A DNA stretch of 64,000 bases from the IMG/VR virus record IMGVR_UViG_3300010429_001387, positions 1 through 64,000 of that record. One strand, written 5' to 3'. The notes under the pieces were generated by a model. The model did not search any database, had not been told where the DNA came from, and saw nothing but the letters and a program-made list of their open reading frames with translations. The position numbers and the translations under genes were made by a program. This document shows, in pieces, positions 53,543 to 63,526 of this stretch (within the stretch, counting starts at the first letter, position 1; each line of letters opens with the position of its first letter). Source of the stretch: a virus. Taxonomy: Duplodnaviria > Heunggongvirae > Uroviricota > Caudoviricetes.

Positions 53543-54074
53543 TTAATTCCTCACCTTGAGTTTCTTCTTGCCTTTGAGCAGCATTCTTTCGACGCAATTC
53601 AACAATATCTTGTTCACCAACAGTTGACATAACTTTTCTCTCAGGAGTCAAATCCTGTTTAGTTGAATAATACTCATGAACAAATAACGAAACAGCATCC
53701 TTTACCATTGATTTCCGTTGCTCAGCAGCCGCCAACAAAACACTTGCACAATCCGCTAAGTATTGAGTATCAAGATAGAATTTAGAAGCTTTTTGATATT
53801 CCGGATGAATTACCACTGCATCTTCAATGGCATCAATAGTAACTTTAGAGATGCCAAATGATCCAGGATTTTTTCTAGCTTTGTCTCGCAAGTCAGCGGC
53901 AACAAAATCTGCTCGATCCTTTGCTTGACGAGCCTCATGCTTCAGTTGGGAAACAAAATCCCCCACTTCTGCATAAAATGCAGCTTGGTAGACACATTCT
54001 TCATCTAAACGTTCACGAGAAATGGGCATCCTTGCCCGGATTGACTCCAATTTTTCTCTAATTTCATTGTCCAT
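53535..54074 (-). CDS. Hypothetical protein (179 aa); a recombination mediator is possible by position
   Basis: ORF between the RecA-like gene and the SSB. No motif found. Confidence 0.35.
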   Translation of the reverse strand: MDNEIREKLESIRARMPISRERLDEECVYQAAFYAEVGDFVSQLKHEARQAKDRADFVAADLRDKARKNPGSFGISKVTIDAIEDAVVIHPEYQKASKFYLDTQYLADCASVLLAAAEQRKSMVKDAVSLFVHEYYSTKQDLTPERKVMSTVGEQDIVELRRKNAAQRQEETQGEELNE

Positions 54075-55014
54075 TTGCCATTCCTCTTAATTGATTAATC
54101 CGATTGCGAACTGCTTCCTGAGAACTAACAGCCGTACCACTCGCCGCAGCTTGTGGCTGAGGATCTGCTGTTCCTCGTGCTCGAGTTGGTGGATCTTGAA
54201 CTGTTTGTGCCACAGGAACAGGTTGCTGAACCGGAGCAGGTTGTTCGGCCCCACCACGTGTTCTGGTGGGAGGATCTTGAACAACACTTTCTTGAGGATT
54301 TTCCATTTGGGGATTTGAAGAAGGATCGGCAAATCCCATAGCTGTCACCAATTGTTCGTATGTCGGATACATGATAAACTCCTCAAAGTCATCAGGAGCA
54401 TTATTATACCATTCCTGAGGAGGAGGAGAATTATCCATCAGCTTAAATCCTTCATACTTAGTTGTCATTCCCTTACCAACTCTCTCAAACTCAATATCCT
54501 TACCTGTTAACGGATCACTAACATCAATGAAATCACCTGTCCGACGATCCTTCGACAACGAAATAACATTGTCCTTTACCGAAACTGGAGAATCAAACCA
54601 ATGCAATCCCAGCTTTTCAGTCTCAGCATCCTGAACATTGTAGATGAAGAAGAAATATCTCCTCGAAGGCCACAATTCTTTCAGACGATCATCATTTGCA
54701 TTCTGAGCTCGAATGGTATCAGCGTACTCACAGATCGGACAACGCTGATTCAACATCCTCTTCGGACAAACAAACGTACGACCATCTGGCCCAATGCCTG
54801 TATGAATAAAAATTTCCTTCCCATAGAATGGAAGCTTATCTGCAGGATACTTCGAAAATTTTGGTGAAATAATACGGATAAAATTCGTATCCTGCATCTT
54901 GTATGGGGGAATACCTGCACGTTCCAACGCACGTACATCTACATAATCATACTTTCCTGAGTTACCTTCTTTCGTTTTACGATGTTCATTCGCAATTGCG
55001 TCCATCCGACTCAT
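54064..55014 (-). CDS. Single-stranded DNA-binding protein, T4 gp32-like
   Basis: Zn-binding 'HTG...FVCPKRMLNQRCPICEY' and an acidic/Pro-Gln-rich C-terminal tail. Confidence 0.55.
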   Translation of the reverse strand: MSRMDAIANEHRKTKEGNSGKYDYVDVRALERAGIPPYKMQDTNFIRIISPKFSKYPADKLPFYGKEIFIHTGIGPDGRTFVCPKRMLNQRCPICEYADTIRAQNANDDRLKELWPSRRYFFFIYNVQDAETEKLGLHWFDSPVSVKDNVISLSKDRRTGDFIDVSDPLTGKDIEFERVGKGMTTKYEGFKLMDNSPPPQEWYNNAPDDFEEFIMYPTYEQLVTAMGFADPSSNPQMENPQESVVQDPPTRTRGGAEQPAPVQQPVPVAQTVQDPPTRARGTADPQPQAAASGTAVSSQEAVRNRINQLRGMANGQ

Positions 55015-55059
55015 ATTTTATTCCTCCAAAAACTTAATGGATTATGTTACCGTTGATTA

Positions 55060-56004
55060 TTATACTGTGCTCCCAAAAATAGCTTTGCAGAAAAGTGAAC
55101 CTAATGTTGCCTTGCCTCCATAAAAAACATTAAACGAAAATATCTGGATTAGATTCGACAGATCTTCTGCTTCATTGAGATTGTCGGCTGTTACCAGTTT
55201 CTTATACAGATACCCTAAGATGGCTTTGCGGATGTTTTCAGGTTCTCCATCCAAAGCATCAAATTTCTGCAATATCAATTGCCATTTTTGTTTTCGAACA
55301 TCCGGAGCAGCATACATTAATTTACAAAGTTCAATAATTTCAACATCCTTTTCTGTGCCCTTCAGAAGCAAATTGATTGCGTCATCCAGATTATCAACTT
55401 CCATAACTGTTTCTAATGCAACAATTGCTGCTCTTGGTGAACCTTCAGATGTGACCGCTACAGCATCAAGAATTTCAGGTTTAACTTCAATACCTGCCTT
55501 CTTAACAACATTATCCAACAATTGACGAATCTTACCTTCGGACAAAGATGCCATTTCAAATTTAGTACATCGATTACGAATTGTAGGAATGATATTCTTT
55601 GGTTCGGTTGTGCAGAAAATAAAATAGCAATCCCGAGGATGATCTTCTAAAATCTTTAACAAACATTCTTGAGCAGAGGCAGTGAGTTGGTGAGACTCGT
55701 CAAAAATATACACTTTTGCATTACCATCAATAGTTGATTTTTGAGCATTTACCGTAATTTCTCGGATATTATCAATACCTCTTGTATTAGCCGCATTCAG
55801 TTCAAAAACACTGTTTTCTGAAGCACCAAATTCTCGAGCTAGAATCCTAGCAACAGTTGTTTTTCCACATCCAGAACTTCCAGAAATAAGAATAGCGTGA
55901 GGATGCTCTTCAGATTTTAACATCTTCTCCATTGCTTTGACTGTTGCAGGATTTCCTACAATTTCATCAAGCGTATCAGGACGTACTTTTTGATATAGAC
56001 TCAT
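55060..56004 (-). CDS. Clamp-loader AAA+ ATPase (gamma/tau- or gp44-like)
   Basis: Walker A 'ISGSSGCGKTT', Walker B 'VYIFDESHQL', sensor 'CTT', and 'SEGSPRAA'. Confidence 0.6.
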   Translation of the reverse strand: MSLYQKVRPDTLDEIVGNPATVKAMEKMLKSEEHPHAILISGSSGCGKTTVARILAREFGASENSVFELNAANTRGIDNIREITVNAQKSTIDGNAKVYIFDESHQLTASAQECLLKILEDHPRDCYFIFCTTEPKNIIPTIRNRCTKFEMASLSEGKIRQLLDNVVKKAGIEVKPEILDAVAVTSEGSPRAAIVALETVMEVDNLDDAINLLLKGTEKDVEIIELCKLMYAAPDVRKQKWQLILQKFDALDGEPENIRKAILGYLYKKLVTADNLNEAEDLSNLIQIFSFNVFYGGKATLGSLFCKAIFGSTV

Positions 56005-56222
56005 TATGTTCCTCTCTTTAAAGTTTCCGGCTTATTCAACAAACCTTCCCAAGTTTTATCTGTTGGGGTAATAACAAGTGATCTACGACGAACTTTGTCA
56101 ATTTGAAATTCAACATTCCCAATGAAAAACTTCTGTCCTATTACAAATACCGGCATACCCTGCATTGCCTTTTCATCATCTTCCGTTATGATGGGATTAA
56201 ATTCTCTTGTTTCCACATTCAT
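56004..56222 (-). CDS. Hypothetical protein (72 aa)
   Basis: Short ORF coupled to the clamp loader. Confidence 0.35.
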   Translation of the reverse strand: MNVETREFNPIITEDDEKAMQGMPVFVIGQKFFIGNVEFQIDKVRRRSLVITPTDKTWEGLLNKPETLKRGT

Positions 56223-56223
56223 T

Positions 56224-56601
56224 TTATTTCTCCAAAGCTTTTAACCAAGACAAATTTACGGGAATGTATGTTGGAGGCTTAACCCACTTACCTGTAGTAT
56301 CAAAATGGCCTCCTGCTTTCGTCATATTAGATTCATGGACTTGCCGAAAAACTTCATCAAAGGGCAAACCATGTTCCACTGCTGCACCATCAACAACATA
56401 CTTCAAATCCGCAAGAGCATCAGCAATTTCCACAATATTGCCTTCCGATACAGCTTTGCAATACTCAGAAAATTCTTCTGCTATTAATCTTGCTCTTCGG
56501 GCAAAAGCATGTCGATCAATTTGACGTGGGGATTCTCCTATTGGAATCCCCACCATCTGATGGAATTCTTTAACCATTTCAAAAGTAGTCATATTATTCA
56601 A
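56224..56601 (-). CDS. mazG: MazG-like nucleoside triphosphate pyrophosphohydrolase
   Basis: 'RLIAEEFSEY' (EExxE) and 'DALADLKYV'. 125 aa. Confidence 0.55.
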   Translation of the reverse strand: MNNMTTFEMVKEFHQMVGIPIGESPRQIDRHAFARRARLIAEEFSEYCKAVSEGNIVEIADALADLKYVVDGAAVEHGLPFDEVFRQVHESNMTKAGGHFDTTGKWVKPPTYIPVNLSWLKALEK

Positions 56602-57620
56602 TCCTCATTTGTAAATCTAATTATACGTTGAACAACCAATTCTATTTCATTTAACTCATGCCCCCAGATAATTAAAGTGTTATATCCTTCCTTTAAAAAA
56701 TGTTCTTTTCTTTCTTTTTCATGTTCTTCATTTGTTAATCCAGTTTTCTCCTCAGAATGCCAAAAGTCACCAAAAAATTCTATCAATAGAGGTTTTGTTT
56801 TATGTACATAATCTGGACAACGACCATTTATTATTAATTTTCCATCACCTACAAAATCCCATTCACCTGGAAATAATTTGTTAAGTAATTTTTTAACAAA
56901 CTTTTCATACCTATTTGGCATTACTTTATGAGATTTCATCTGTTTTGCTATATATTCCGGATTTTTCCAACTCTTTTTCGCATGTGGCCTATTTTTCTTT
57001 CCAATTTGCTTCTTTGATTCTTCAGAAATTTTATGCCTATAAGAAGGATGATTTTCTCCTGACAATTCTTTTCTACTCAATTTACATATTGGGCAATTAC
57101 AATCTTCTTTATGACCTAATTCTTGAAGAGTTTTTCCTTTCTTAGCTTTACTGACTTTTTCAGCTATCTCAGGATTTTTCATACAATTATTTTCCCCTTG
57201 GGACCACAAATGTGGTTTTCCTCTTCTTGACAAACCACTTTTCTTTGCAACCTCAGGATTTCGCATAGGATTATTATTATTCCCAATATACTCTCCACGT
57301 TTTGCTTTACATTGCCCACAATTACAATTTTCAGGATGTTTTTCTGCTCGTTTATTTAAACAAAACGTACAAGGGCAATCTTTTTTATGTTCTGAACGAA
57401 TATGTATGCCTCGTTTTGCTGAACAACTAACACATTTACAATCTTCTTTATGTTCTATAAAATCTCCTCTTTTATTTCTACAAGCAACACACATACAATT
57501 TTCTTTATGGATTATATTTCTTAATTGATGATACAGTATGTATTTATTTTCGGAATTTGTAACATGCTCTCCACATCCACATGCACATAAAGGAAGATTT
57601 TCTTTATTTTTATTATTCAT
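56598..57620 (-). CDS. Vsr/EDxHD-like endonuclease with an N-terminal zinc-finger repeat array (homing-endonuclease candidate)
   Basis: C-terminus 'CPDYV...LLIEFFGDFWHSEE...EGYNTLIIWGHEL' parallels Vsr 'PDIV...VIFVHGCFWHG...GWRVLIVWE'. The N-terminus has at least four 'C.C..C.(A/N)KRG' repeats. Confidence 0.5.
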   Translation of the reverse strand: MNNKNKENLPLCACGCGEHVTNSENKYILYHQLRNIIHKENCMCVACRNKRGDFIEHKEDCKCVSCSAKRGIHIRSEHKKDCPCTFCLNKRAEKHPENCNCGQCKAKRGEYIGNNNNPMRNPEVAKKSGLSRRGKPHLWSQGENNCMKNPEIAEKVSKAKKGKTLQELGHKEDCNCPICKLSRKELSGENHPSYRHKISEESKKQIGKKNRPHAKKSWKNPEYIAKQMKSHKVMPNRYEKFVKKLLNKLFPGEWDFVGDGKLIINGRCPDYVHKTKPLLIEFFGDFWHSEEKTGLTNEEHEKERKEHFLKEGYNTLIIWGHELNEIELVVQRIIRFTNED

Positions 57621-57629
57621 TTTATTTAT

Positions 57630-58643
57630 TTAATCCATACAAATTTGATGACAAGATGGACAAATACTATAATGTTTTGATATTTCCCCTGCTGTTTTCA
57701 TTAAACTTGCAGACGAAATCCTAGAAAGCTTATTAGAATGTGAAGAAACAAAAGTAAAATTATTCCACAAATCATATGCCGTCTCTGGACCTTTACCATT
57801 ATTCGAGGCTACAGCAGCATCAACAATTTCTTTCTGTGTGCGAACAGGAATCCCAAACCTTCGGAACATGCTTGCAAGTGTCTCATCAAGCTTTTCACCA
57901 AGCTTTACTTCAGTCAACTTTCGAATCCTGCCGAACTCATTACTTAAAGCGGAAAAAGCAGACTGTGTATGATTCATTACCCAACTTTGCAAATCTGAAC
58001 CATCATCATTTTTATGCGACCATTGCCCAATATTCTCCGAAACAATTGCCCCATTCGAGCAAATCTGCCTAAAAACATATGGTGTAATTTCGATCTTATG
58101 CTCCCCAATAATAGAATTCTGCATGCGAATTCCACCATACAACATATCACCAGGCATCGGTTCAAACTTCTGATCAACCACCACCGAAACCGTTGAATAG
58201 TCAAGTCCTGTATAAACTTGATGATAGCCTAATACTCGCTGAATTCCAACACTACGCTCAATACTTTCCATCATCTGCATATTAGAAAAGTATTCTGAAC
58301 GACTTGCAGAAGCTCCAACAATATTTTCATCCTTAACAAACAAACGAATCTTTCCCTTTGTTCCACCCGAATACCAATAATTGAGATGATGTGATAGAAG
58401 CTCCCAAGGACAACGTTTCACATACGATTCCGGAATCCCAACTAGCCGAGCAACATCGGCCAATCCTGACGACAGCATTTCATACTCCTGTGCTGCAAAT
58501 GCCATGATTGGAGGACCTTCATTTTTCTTCCAGAAATTAGTCTTGCTGTCTGTATCCAAATCAAGATCAACATGTGTGATATTTTCAGTTGTTTCAAGTG
58601 TTTTAACGACTGCTTCTTTGTTCATTAATGCTAATTCTGACAT
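57630..58643 (-). CDS. Hypothetical protein (337 aa)
   Basis: Long ORF between the polymerase and the endonuclease. The C-terminus has 'CPSCHQIC'. Confidence 0.45.
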   Translation of the reverse strand: MSELALMNKEAVVKTLETTENITHVDLDLDTDSKTNFWKKNEGPPIMAFAAQEYEMLSSGLADVARLVGIPESYVKRCPWELLSHHLNYWYSGGTKGKIRLFVKDENIVGASASRSEYFSNMQMMESIERSVGIQRVLGYHQVYTGLDYSTVSVVVDQKFEPMPGDMLYGGIRMQNSIIGEHKIEITPYVFRQICSNGAIVSENIGQWSHKNDDGSDLQSWVMNHTQSAFSALSNEFGRIRKLTEVKLGEKLDETLASMFRRFGIPVRTQKEIVDAAVASNNGKGPETAYDLWNNFTFVSSHSNKLSRISSASLMKTAGEISKHYSICPSCHQICMD

Positions 58644-58645
58644 AT

Positions 58646-61285
58646 TTAGTCTCCTACTTTTATAAAATCATCCAATAAGATATTCTTTTTTGTTTCGTTT
58701 TCTTTAACTACAACATATAGATTATTATCAATCTTCTTTAAAGGTTGTAGATCAAACCAACATGATTTTCCAATTTCCCAGGATACGGTTAATGGAACAA
58801 TCCCTTGCCATTCAAATCTCTTGGACGTCATAATCTCAGTTACGATTTGAACAACTTCAGCAGCCTCTTGTGGTACGGTATCAATAGTAAGGCTATCGTG
58901 AATCTCAAACAATGGTTTAGATCGAAGTTTCCTCTTAGCAAATTCTTTCTCAATTTTTATTATACTGTCCAGCATCAAATGAAACGCTGTTCCCTGGATC
59001 GGATAATTACAAATCTTGTTTATGTTCAGAGGACCATAACATCGGAATCCTGACATTCCCTCAATATAACCATTGCAAACGTACTTTTCAGTATTTTGAA
59101 TTTGCCAAGCCTTAACACCTTGGAATTCTCTCCAGAATTTCTCTTGTACTTCTTTAATGTGTTCTTTTCGAAGCTTGGGGAATTTAGGAGCAATTGTTTC
59201 CCAAATAGCCCCATAAAAGGAGGCGAACACAAAGGAGTTCTTCGCATCAAATCGCTGTTCAGAAGTGATATCAGATTCTGGAATTAAATAGATTTCCGAG
59301 GACCATCGACGATGAGTATCAACTCCATTAATAATTTGATGAGTTAATTCTGTATCGCGTGAATCCATAGCAATGACTTTAACTTCCAAGGCATCAAAGT
59401 CAACTTCCAACAAGATGTTGCCAGGAGAAGCTTTAATAACTCTACGGAATTTCTTGAGCTCTTTATCATGTTTAAAAATATTCTGTATTGAAGGATTGTC
59501 GGCAGAAGATCTAAAAGTATCCACCGTATTTAGGTTGAATGTTGGATGCACAAACCAGTTCTTATCTATCAATCCTCTGTAATTCTTAGCTCGTTTCAAC
59601 AAAGATGTGCATTTACGAAATCGCTGAACCGCATTAACTAACTTTTTAACTTCCTCATCTCTCGTTGCAGCAATAATCTTTTCAAGAGCATCAATATCAG
59701 TTGACAGTGTTCCCTTAAATGGTTCAACCTTGTAATATTTATAAAGTATTGTACTTAATTGTTGTGGAGATTCTGGATTAAACTCTTTTTTAGCATATTG
59801 TTCGTATGCTGGAATTCCTTTACAAGTTCGCATTTCAACTTTACGTTGTTCAGCTTCTTGTGAATATTCTAGTTCTAGCGATCTCATATCTTCTTCGGAA
59901 ATTGGAACACCACGTTCCGTCAAATTCACAAGAGCTAATGCTCCAGTTTGAAACAATTGACTAAATTCTGCTATTCGATTTTCTGAAATAATGCGTGGAT
60001 ATTGATATTCTAATGCCATCCGAGTATATCGAGCATCCCACGAATTATAATGAAAAATAGCTTCTAATGGAGCACGAGCCATATCCCGAGCATCAACCAT
60101 GCACTTATAATCATGTCCGGTCATCTCAAAAACTTGGAAAGCTAATCCTGTCGTTCCTGTATTCCCATTTAGAACATGAGCCCCGATCATTGTATCATAA
60201 ATATGATTTATTTCTTCGGTGTTAACCTCCACCAACTCTTCAAAATTGTAAGATGCTTGCTTAAAATACACACGATTCCAAATCTCTTCCATATTAAGAT
60301 TTTGAACCGCTTTGGGAGCAGGACTTCTTAAGAATTCCCGAATTGCATTAAATACATGAGATTTTTCTTCTGGATTGAAAAATACTCTTCCAGTAGTGGG
60401 GTTTACAACATCAACCGGAATGAAATATCCTATATTGACAGCATTTGATAACGCTACTGAAAGCACACGAGCATTTCTATGAAACGGACTTAATGTCGTG
60501 GTTTCATAGTCATAAGCAACGTGTGTTTTGCTGTTGCCAAGCATTTTTAATGTAGATTGAACTTTGTCAACTGTATCTAAAAGAATATTCCCTTCTTTAG
60601 TTAAAGGCTTTGGAAGTGGTTTATTAAGATATGATAATGCTTTCGCAACATCAAATGCTAATAGATTTTCATCGTCTGGTACGTCTGTTCGATTTTTTCT
60701 TCGCAAGAAAAATGAAGGATGGTATGCCCCCACAACCCAGCAATTAAATTCCTCGCTGGGAACAACTCTCCCATGCATCATTTTAGCACTAAAAGAAGAA
60801 AAGTTGCAAGCATCTGGAACTTTTAAAACAGCGTTAATTGCTTGCTCACCCAAACAGATAATCAATTTGGGTTGAACTTCACGAATATCCTGAATTAAAT
60901 TTTTGCGACATGCTAATATTTGTTCTTTGGTCGGATCTGTATCTTTGAAACACGAGACAATGTTGGTACGAACACAATCTTGATCTAAATTCAACCCCAC
61001 ATATCCCAACTGTCTTTTCAACAAATCTCCGGAAGGACCAACAAATGGGATTCCTAACGTATCTTCTTGTCGTCCTGGACATAACCCAACAATCAATATC
61101 CCTGATTGACCTTTTCCGTATCGTTTGATTCTTGGATTTCGACAATTCTTAGACAATCCACAAGTACTACAATCCAACACAATATTCCTAGGAGCAGAAG
61201 ATTTCTGACTCCTGCTCCTAGGTTTCGCCGTGGTAGCGGATATTTCTTTTCGATCTATTTCAAAAAACGATCCTTGTTGTCCCAT
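58646..61285 (-). CDS. Family-A DNA polymerase with an N-terminal UDG-family-4-like domain
   Basis: N-terminus 'GLCPGRQEDTLGIPFVGPSGDLL' plus 'GAYHPSF' are UDG-4 motifs A and B. The C-terminal half has Pol A-type motifs ('DFDALEVKVIA', 'RRWSSEIY...KNSFVFASFYG', 'HDSL'). Confidence 0.7.
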   Translation of the reverse strand: MGQQGSFFEIDRKEISATTAKPRSRSQKSSAPRNIVLDCSTCGLSKNCRNPRIKRYGKGQSGILIVGLCPGRQEDTLGIPFVGPSGDLLKRQLGYVGLNLDQDCVRTNIVSCFKDTDPTKEQILACRKNLIQDIREVQPKLIICLGEQAINAVLKVPDACNFSSFSAKMMHGRVVPSEEFNCWVVGAYHPSFFLRRKNRTDVPDDENLLAFDVAKALSYLNKPLPKPLTKEGNILLDTVDKVQSTLKMLGNSKTHVAYDYETTTLSPFHRNARVLSVALSNAVNIGYFIPVDVVNPTTGRVFFNPEEKSHVFNAIREFLRSPAPKAVQNLNMEEIWNRVYFKQASYNFEELVEVNTEEINHIYDTMIGAHVLNGNTGTTGLAFQVFEMTGHDYKCMVDARDMARAPLEAIFHYNSWDARYTRMALEYQYPRIISENRIAEFSQLFQTGALALVNLTERGVPISEEDMRSLELEYSQEAEQRKVEMRTCKGIPAYEQYAKKEFNPESPQQLSTILYKYYKVEPFKGTLSTDIDALEKIIAATRDEEVKKLVNAVQRFRKCTSLLKRAKNYRGLIDKNWFVHPTFNLNTVDTFRSSADNPSIQNIFKHDKELKKFRRVIKASPGNILLEVDFDALEVKVIAMDSRDTELTHQIINGVDTHRRWSSEIYLIPESDITSEQRFDAKNSFVFASFYGAIWETIAPKFPKLRKEHIKEVQEKFWREFQGVKAWQIQNTEKYVCNGYIEGMSGFRCYGPLNINKICNYPIQGTAFHLMLDSIIKIEKEFAKRKLRSKPLFEIHDSLTIDTVPQEAAEVVQIVTEIMTSKRFEWQGIVPLTVSWEIGKSCWFDLQPLKKIDNNLYVVVKENETKKNILLDDFIKVGD

Positions 61286-62343
61286 TAACGCCGAGCCTTC
61301 ACCAAATACTTGAACTTATCAGATTCAAACAATACAACAGAGGAATCTGCAAAGAAGCAAAATTCCCAACAAAATCCCAACACATCAGACATCAGGTTCG
61401 GATTGACACAGAAATTCAAATCAGGACCTGTTCGAGCAGCCTTCAAAGGTGTATCTTCTTCCAAAGACCTCATTTCCTCCCCAGCAACAGAGAATACTTT
61501 CGAAACAGTTTTAACTGAATCTTTTCCAACATAGAAATGTACTTCTTTGTCGTCTGCCGAAACATCTGATAGGATAGTCATATGCCGAGCAAGAATGTTT
61601 GTAAACGATTCATGCAATTGTATCTTTTCAACATTTGTGCTATTGGGAAAGAACCCGGATAAATCTTTGTATTCTCCTTCTATCGCATTTGCCCAAAGGA
61701 TTGTTCCACCAGTCAGCTTGACTCCAAATCGCCCACCGTAGTTAGTTCCGGCCTTAAAACACATGACTTCTACATTTTTCTTATTGGAATACAGAAATCC
61801 AATCACAGATTTCGGAATCGAACAAACCATCCCCGTATTGGTTGCCAAATTCCACTTCAAGATACGGTAACGATCACATCCCCAAACAGTGTTATTCTTT
61901 ATTGCAACTCCAGTAAGTGGTCCGGTACTTTCGTCTTTAGAACAACCGTGCTTACAAAATTCCATCCCATCAATCAAATCCACCATATCAAATGATTGTG
62001 TTTCGAGGGGAAAATCTGGTAAAGTCGTCACTTTTGGTTCAGCAATAACAAAGTCTCCAAAAGAAGAAGAATCCGAAATCTTCACCTTGCCTTTGGACAC
62101 AACAACTTCCACATCCTCATCTGCCATTTTGTTGAGCAAGGCATAGAATGACGCTGCAGTAACGGAAAGATTAAGCTCTAACCCTTCTGGTAGAGGAGCA
62201 TCAATCCAAATTGCACCATCTGAAGCTTGGACACGCTTCCCATAAAAATGGAAAGCTTGGTACTCTACAAAGATGGATTTATTTTCCACCGCTTCCATCA
62301 AATTTCGCAAACAAGACAGCAATTCCAAACGCTTGACTTTCAT
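61285..62343 (-). CDS. Sliding clamp, DnaN (beta)-like (candidate)
   Basis: 352 aa. The N-terminus 'MKVKRLELLSCLRNL' has the pattern of DnaN domain I. It is positioned between the primase and the polymerase. Confidence 0.4.
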   Translation of the reverse strand: MKVKRLELLSCLRNLMEAVENKSIFVEYQAFHFYGKRVQASDGAIWIDAPLPEGLELNLSVTAASFYALLNKMADEDVEVVVSKGKVKISDSSSFGDFVIAEPKVTTLPDFPLETQSFDMVDLIDGMEFCKHGCSKDESTGPLTGVAIKNNTVWGCDRYRILKWNLATNTGMVCSIPKSVIGFLYSNKKNVEVMCFKAGTNYGGRFGVKLTGGTILWANAIEGEYKDLSGFFPNSTNVEKIQLHESFTNILARHMTILSDVSADDKEVHFYVGKDSVKTVSKVFSVAGEEMRSLEEDTPLKAARTGPDLNFCVNPNLMSDVLGFCWEFCFFADSSVVLFESDKFKYLVKARR

Positions 62344-63284
62344 TTCATTCTCCTTGCCAAAGTTTTAAATATCAAATCCCAGGTTTCTTCCGTCCCATAA
62401 CTATCTGGATCGTGTGGAGGAGGTAACTCCACCACTACCACATTATTTATAAAATCAGCGAATCGCTCAGCTTCTTCTTGAGCAATCAAAATCGCATCAG
62501 AATCAAAACAAATAACTAAATTCTCAACTTTTGATTTGATAATCAATGAGTGTTGCTTATCCGACATAGCAGTGCCTAATGATGCTACTGCATTATACCC
62601 AACTCGCCATTGATCCAAAACACCTTCAACCAATACCAATGTACTCATGTTCCAATCTACATTATCCCATCCATACAAATATTCTTTGATGTCATTATTC
62701 GCATTTACATATTTCTTCTCAGCCTTGCCAGTTAAATCTGCAGCAATGTAACTAACTAATTGCCCATCAAAATACAGAGGAATTATCATGCGGCACATGT
62801 ATTTTCCAACTGTACAAACTCCGCAACGATTTGCAATCAATGTTTGTTTATCTACCTTACGACGGATCATCCACGAATTCAACGGAGGGTATTCTGTCGC
62901 AGCAGTTATCAACTCAAAATACTGAGGAAGTTGAATTAACTGTTGATTTGTGGAGTTTGTCTCTGTTTCGGAAGGATAGAAAATTTCGTTAAGTTGTGTA
63001 ATAATATCCTTATCATACTCAAATCCAGCTTCGCGAATTAATTTGAAGCATTCCTGGATAGATTGGAAGGATAATCTTGACAGAAGATAGGCAAAACTGC
63101 CATCAAGTCCACACTTCCAACAATGGAAGATTAAGGATTCACGATTAATACCATTATGATTTGAATGATCATTGCAGAAAGGACATTGAACATTAATGTA
63201 ATCTTCCGAACAATTCTTTCCCACTTCCCAATAGGGGATTTGATATCGTTCCAGCAGAGTTTTTATGATGCGGGATTGGTTCAT
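62340..63284 (-). CDS. DnaG-like primase (zinc ribbon plus TOPRIM)
   Basis: Zinc-binding 'CPFCNDHSNH...CWKCG', and TOPRIM 'LVLVEGVLDQ' ... 'ICFDSD'. Confidence 0.6.
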   Translation of the reverse strand: MNQSRIIKTLLERYQIPYWEVGKNCSEDYINVQCPFCNDHSNHNGINRESLIFHCWKCGLDGSFAYLLSRLSFQSIQECFKLIREAGFEYDKDIITQLNEIFYPSETETNSTNQQLIQLPQYFELITAATEYPPLNSWMIRRKVDKQTLIANRCGVCTVGKYMCRMIIPLYFDGQLVSYIAADLTGKAEKKYVNANNDIKEYLYGWDNVDWNMSTLVLVEGVLDQWRVGYNAVASLGTAMSDKQHSLIIKSKVENLVICFDSDAILIAQEEAERFADFINNVVVVELPPPHDPDSYGTEETWDLIFKTLARRMK

Positions 63285-63526
63285 TAAGACTTGTTTTTAA
63301 TGGGAGGATCAATCAATGTTTCGTAGCGAGTTGATTGTGAGGCAGCTGCAAGGAATTGGGTTATTCGAATTGGAGACCACCCAGCTTTCGACAATTGCTC
63401 TGAAAATGAGCTCCATTCAAAATCCCAACCTCGTTTCAACAAATCATGGAGATCTAACAATGCTTGGATATACAAAATAATTTCAGAAGTGTTTTGTAGA
63501 TCTACAGTTGCAGAATCCTTTGCCAT
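63284..63526 (-). CDS. Hypothetical protein (80 aa; start 'MAKDS')
   Basis: This is the C-terminal portion of the track ORF 63284..63640. The likely true start is ATG at 63526. It overlaps the stop of the upstream small ORF (TAATG). Confidence 0.4.
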   Translation of the reverse strand: MAKDSATVDLQNTSEIILYIQALLDLHDLLKRGWDFEWSSFSEQLSKAGWSPIRITQFLAAASQSTRYETLIDPPIKNKS

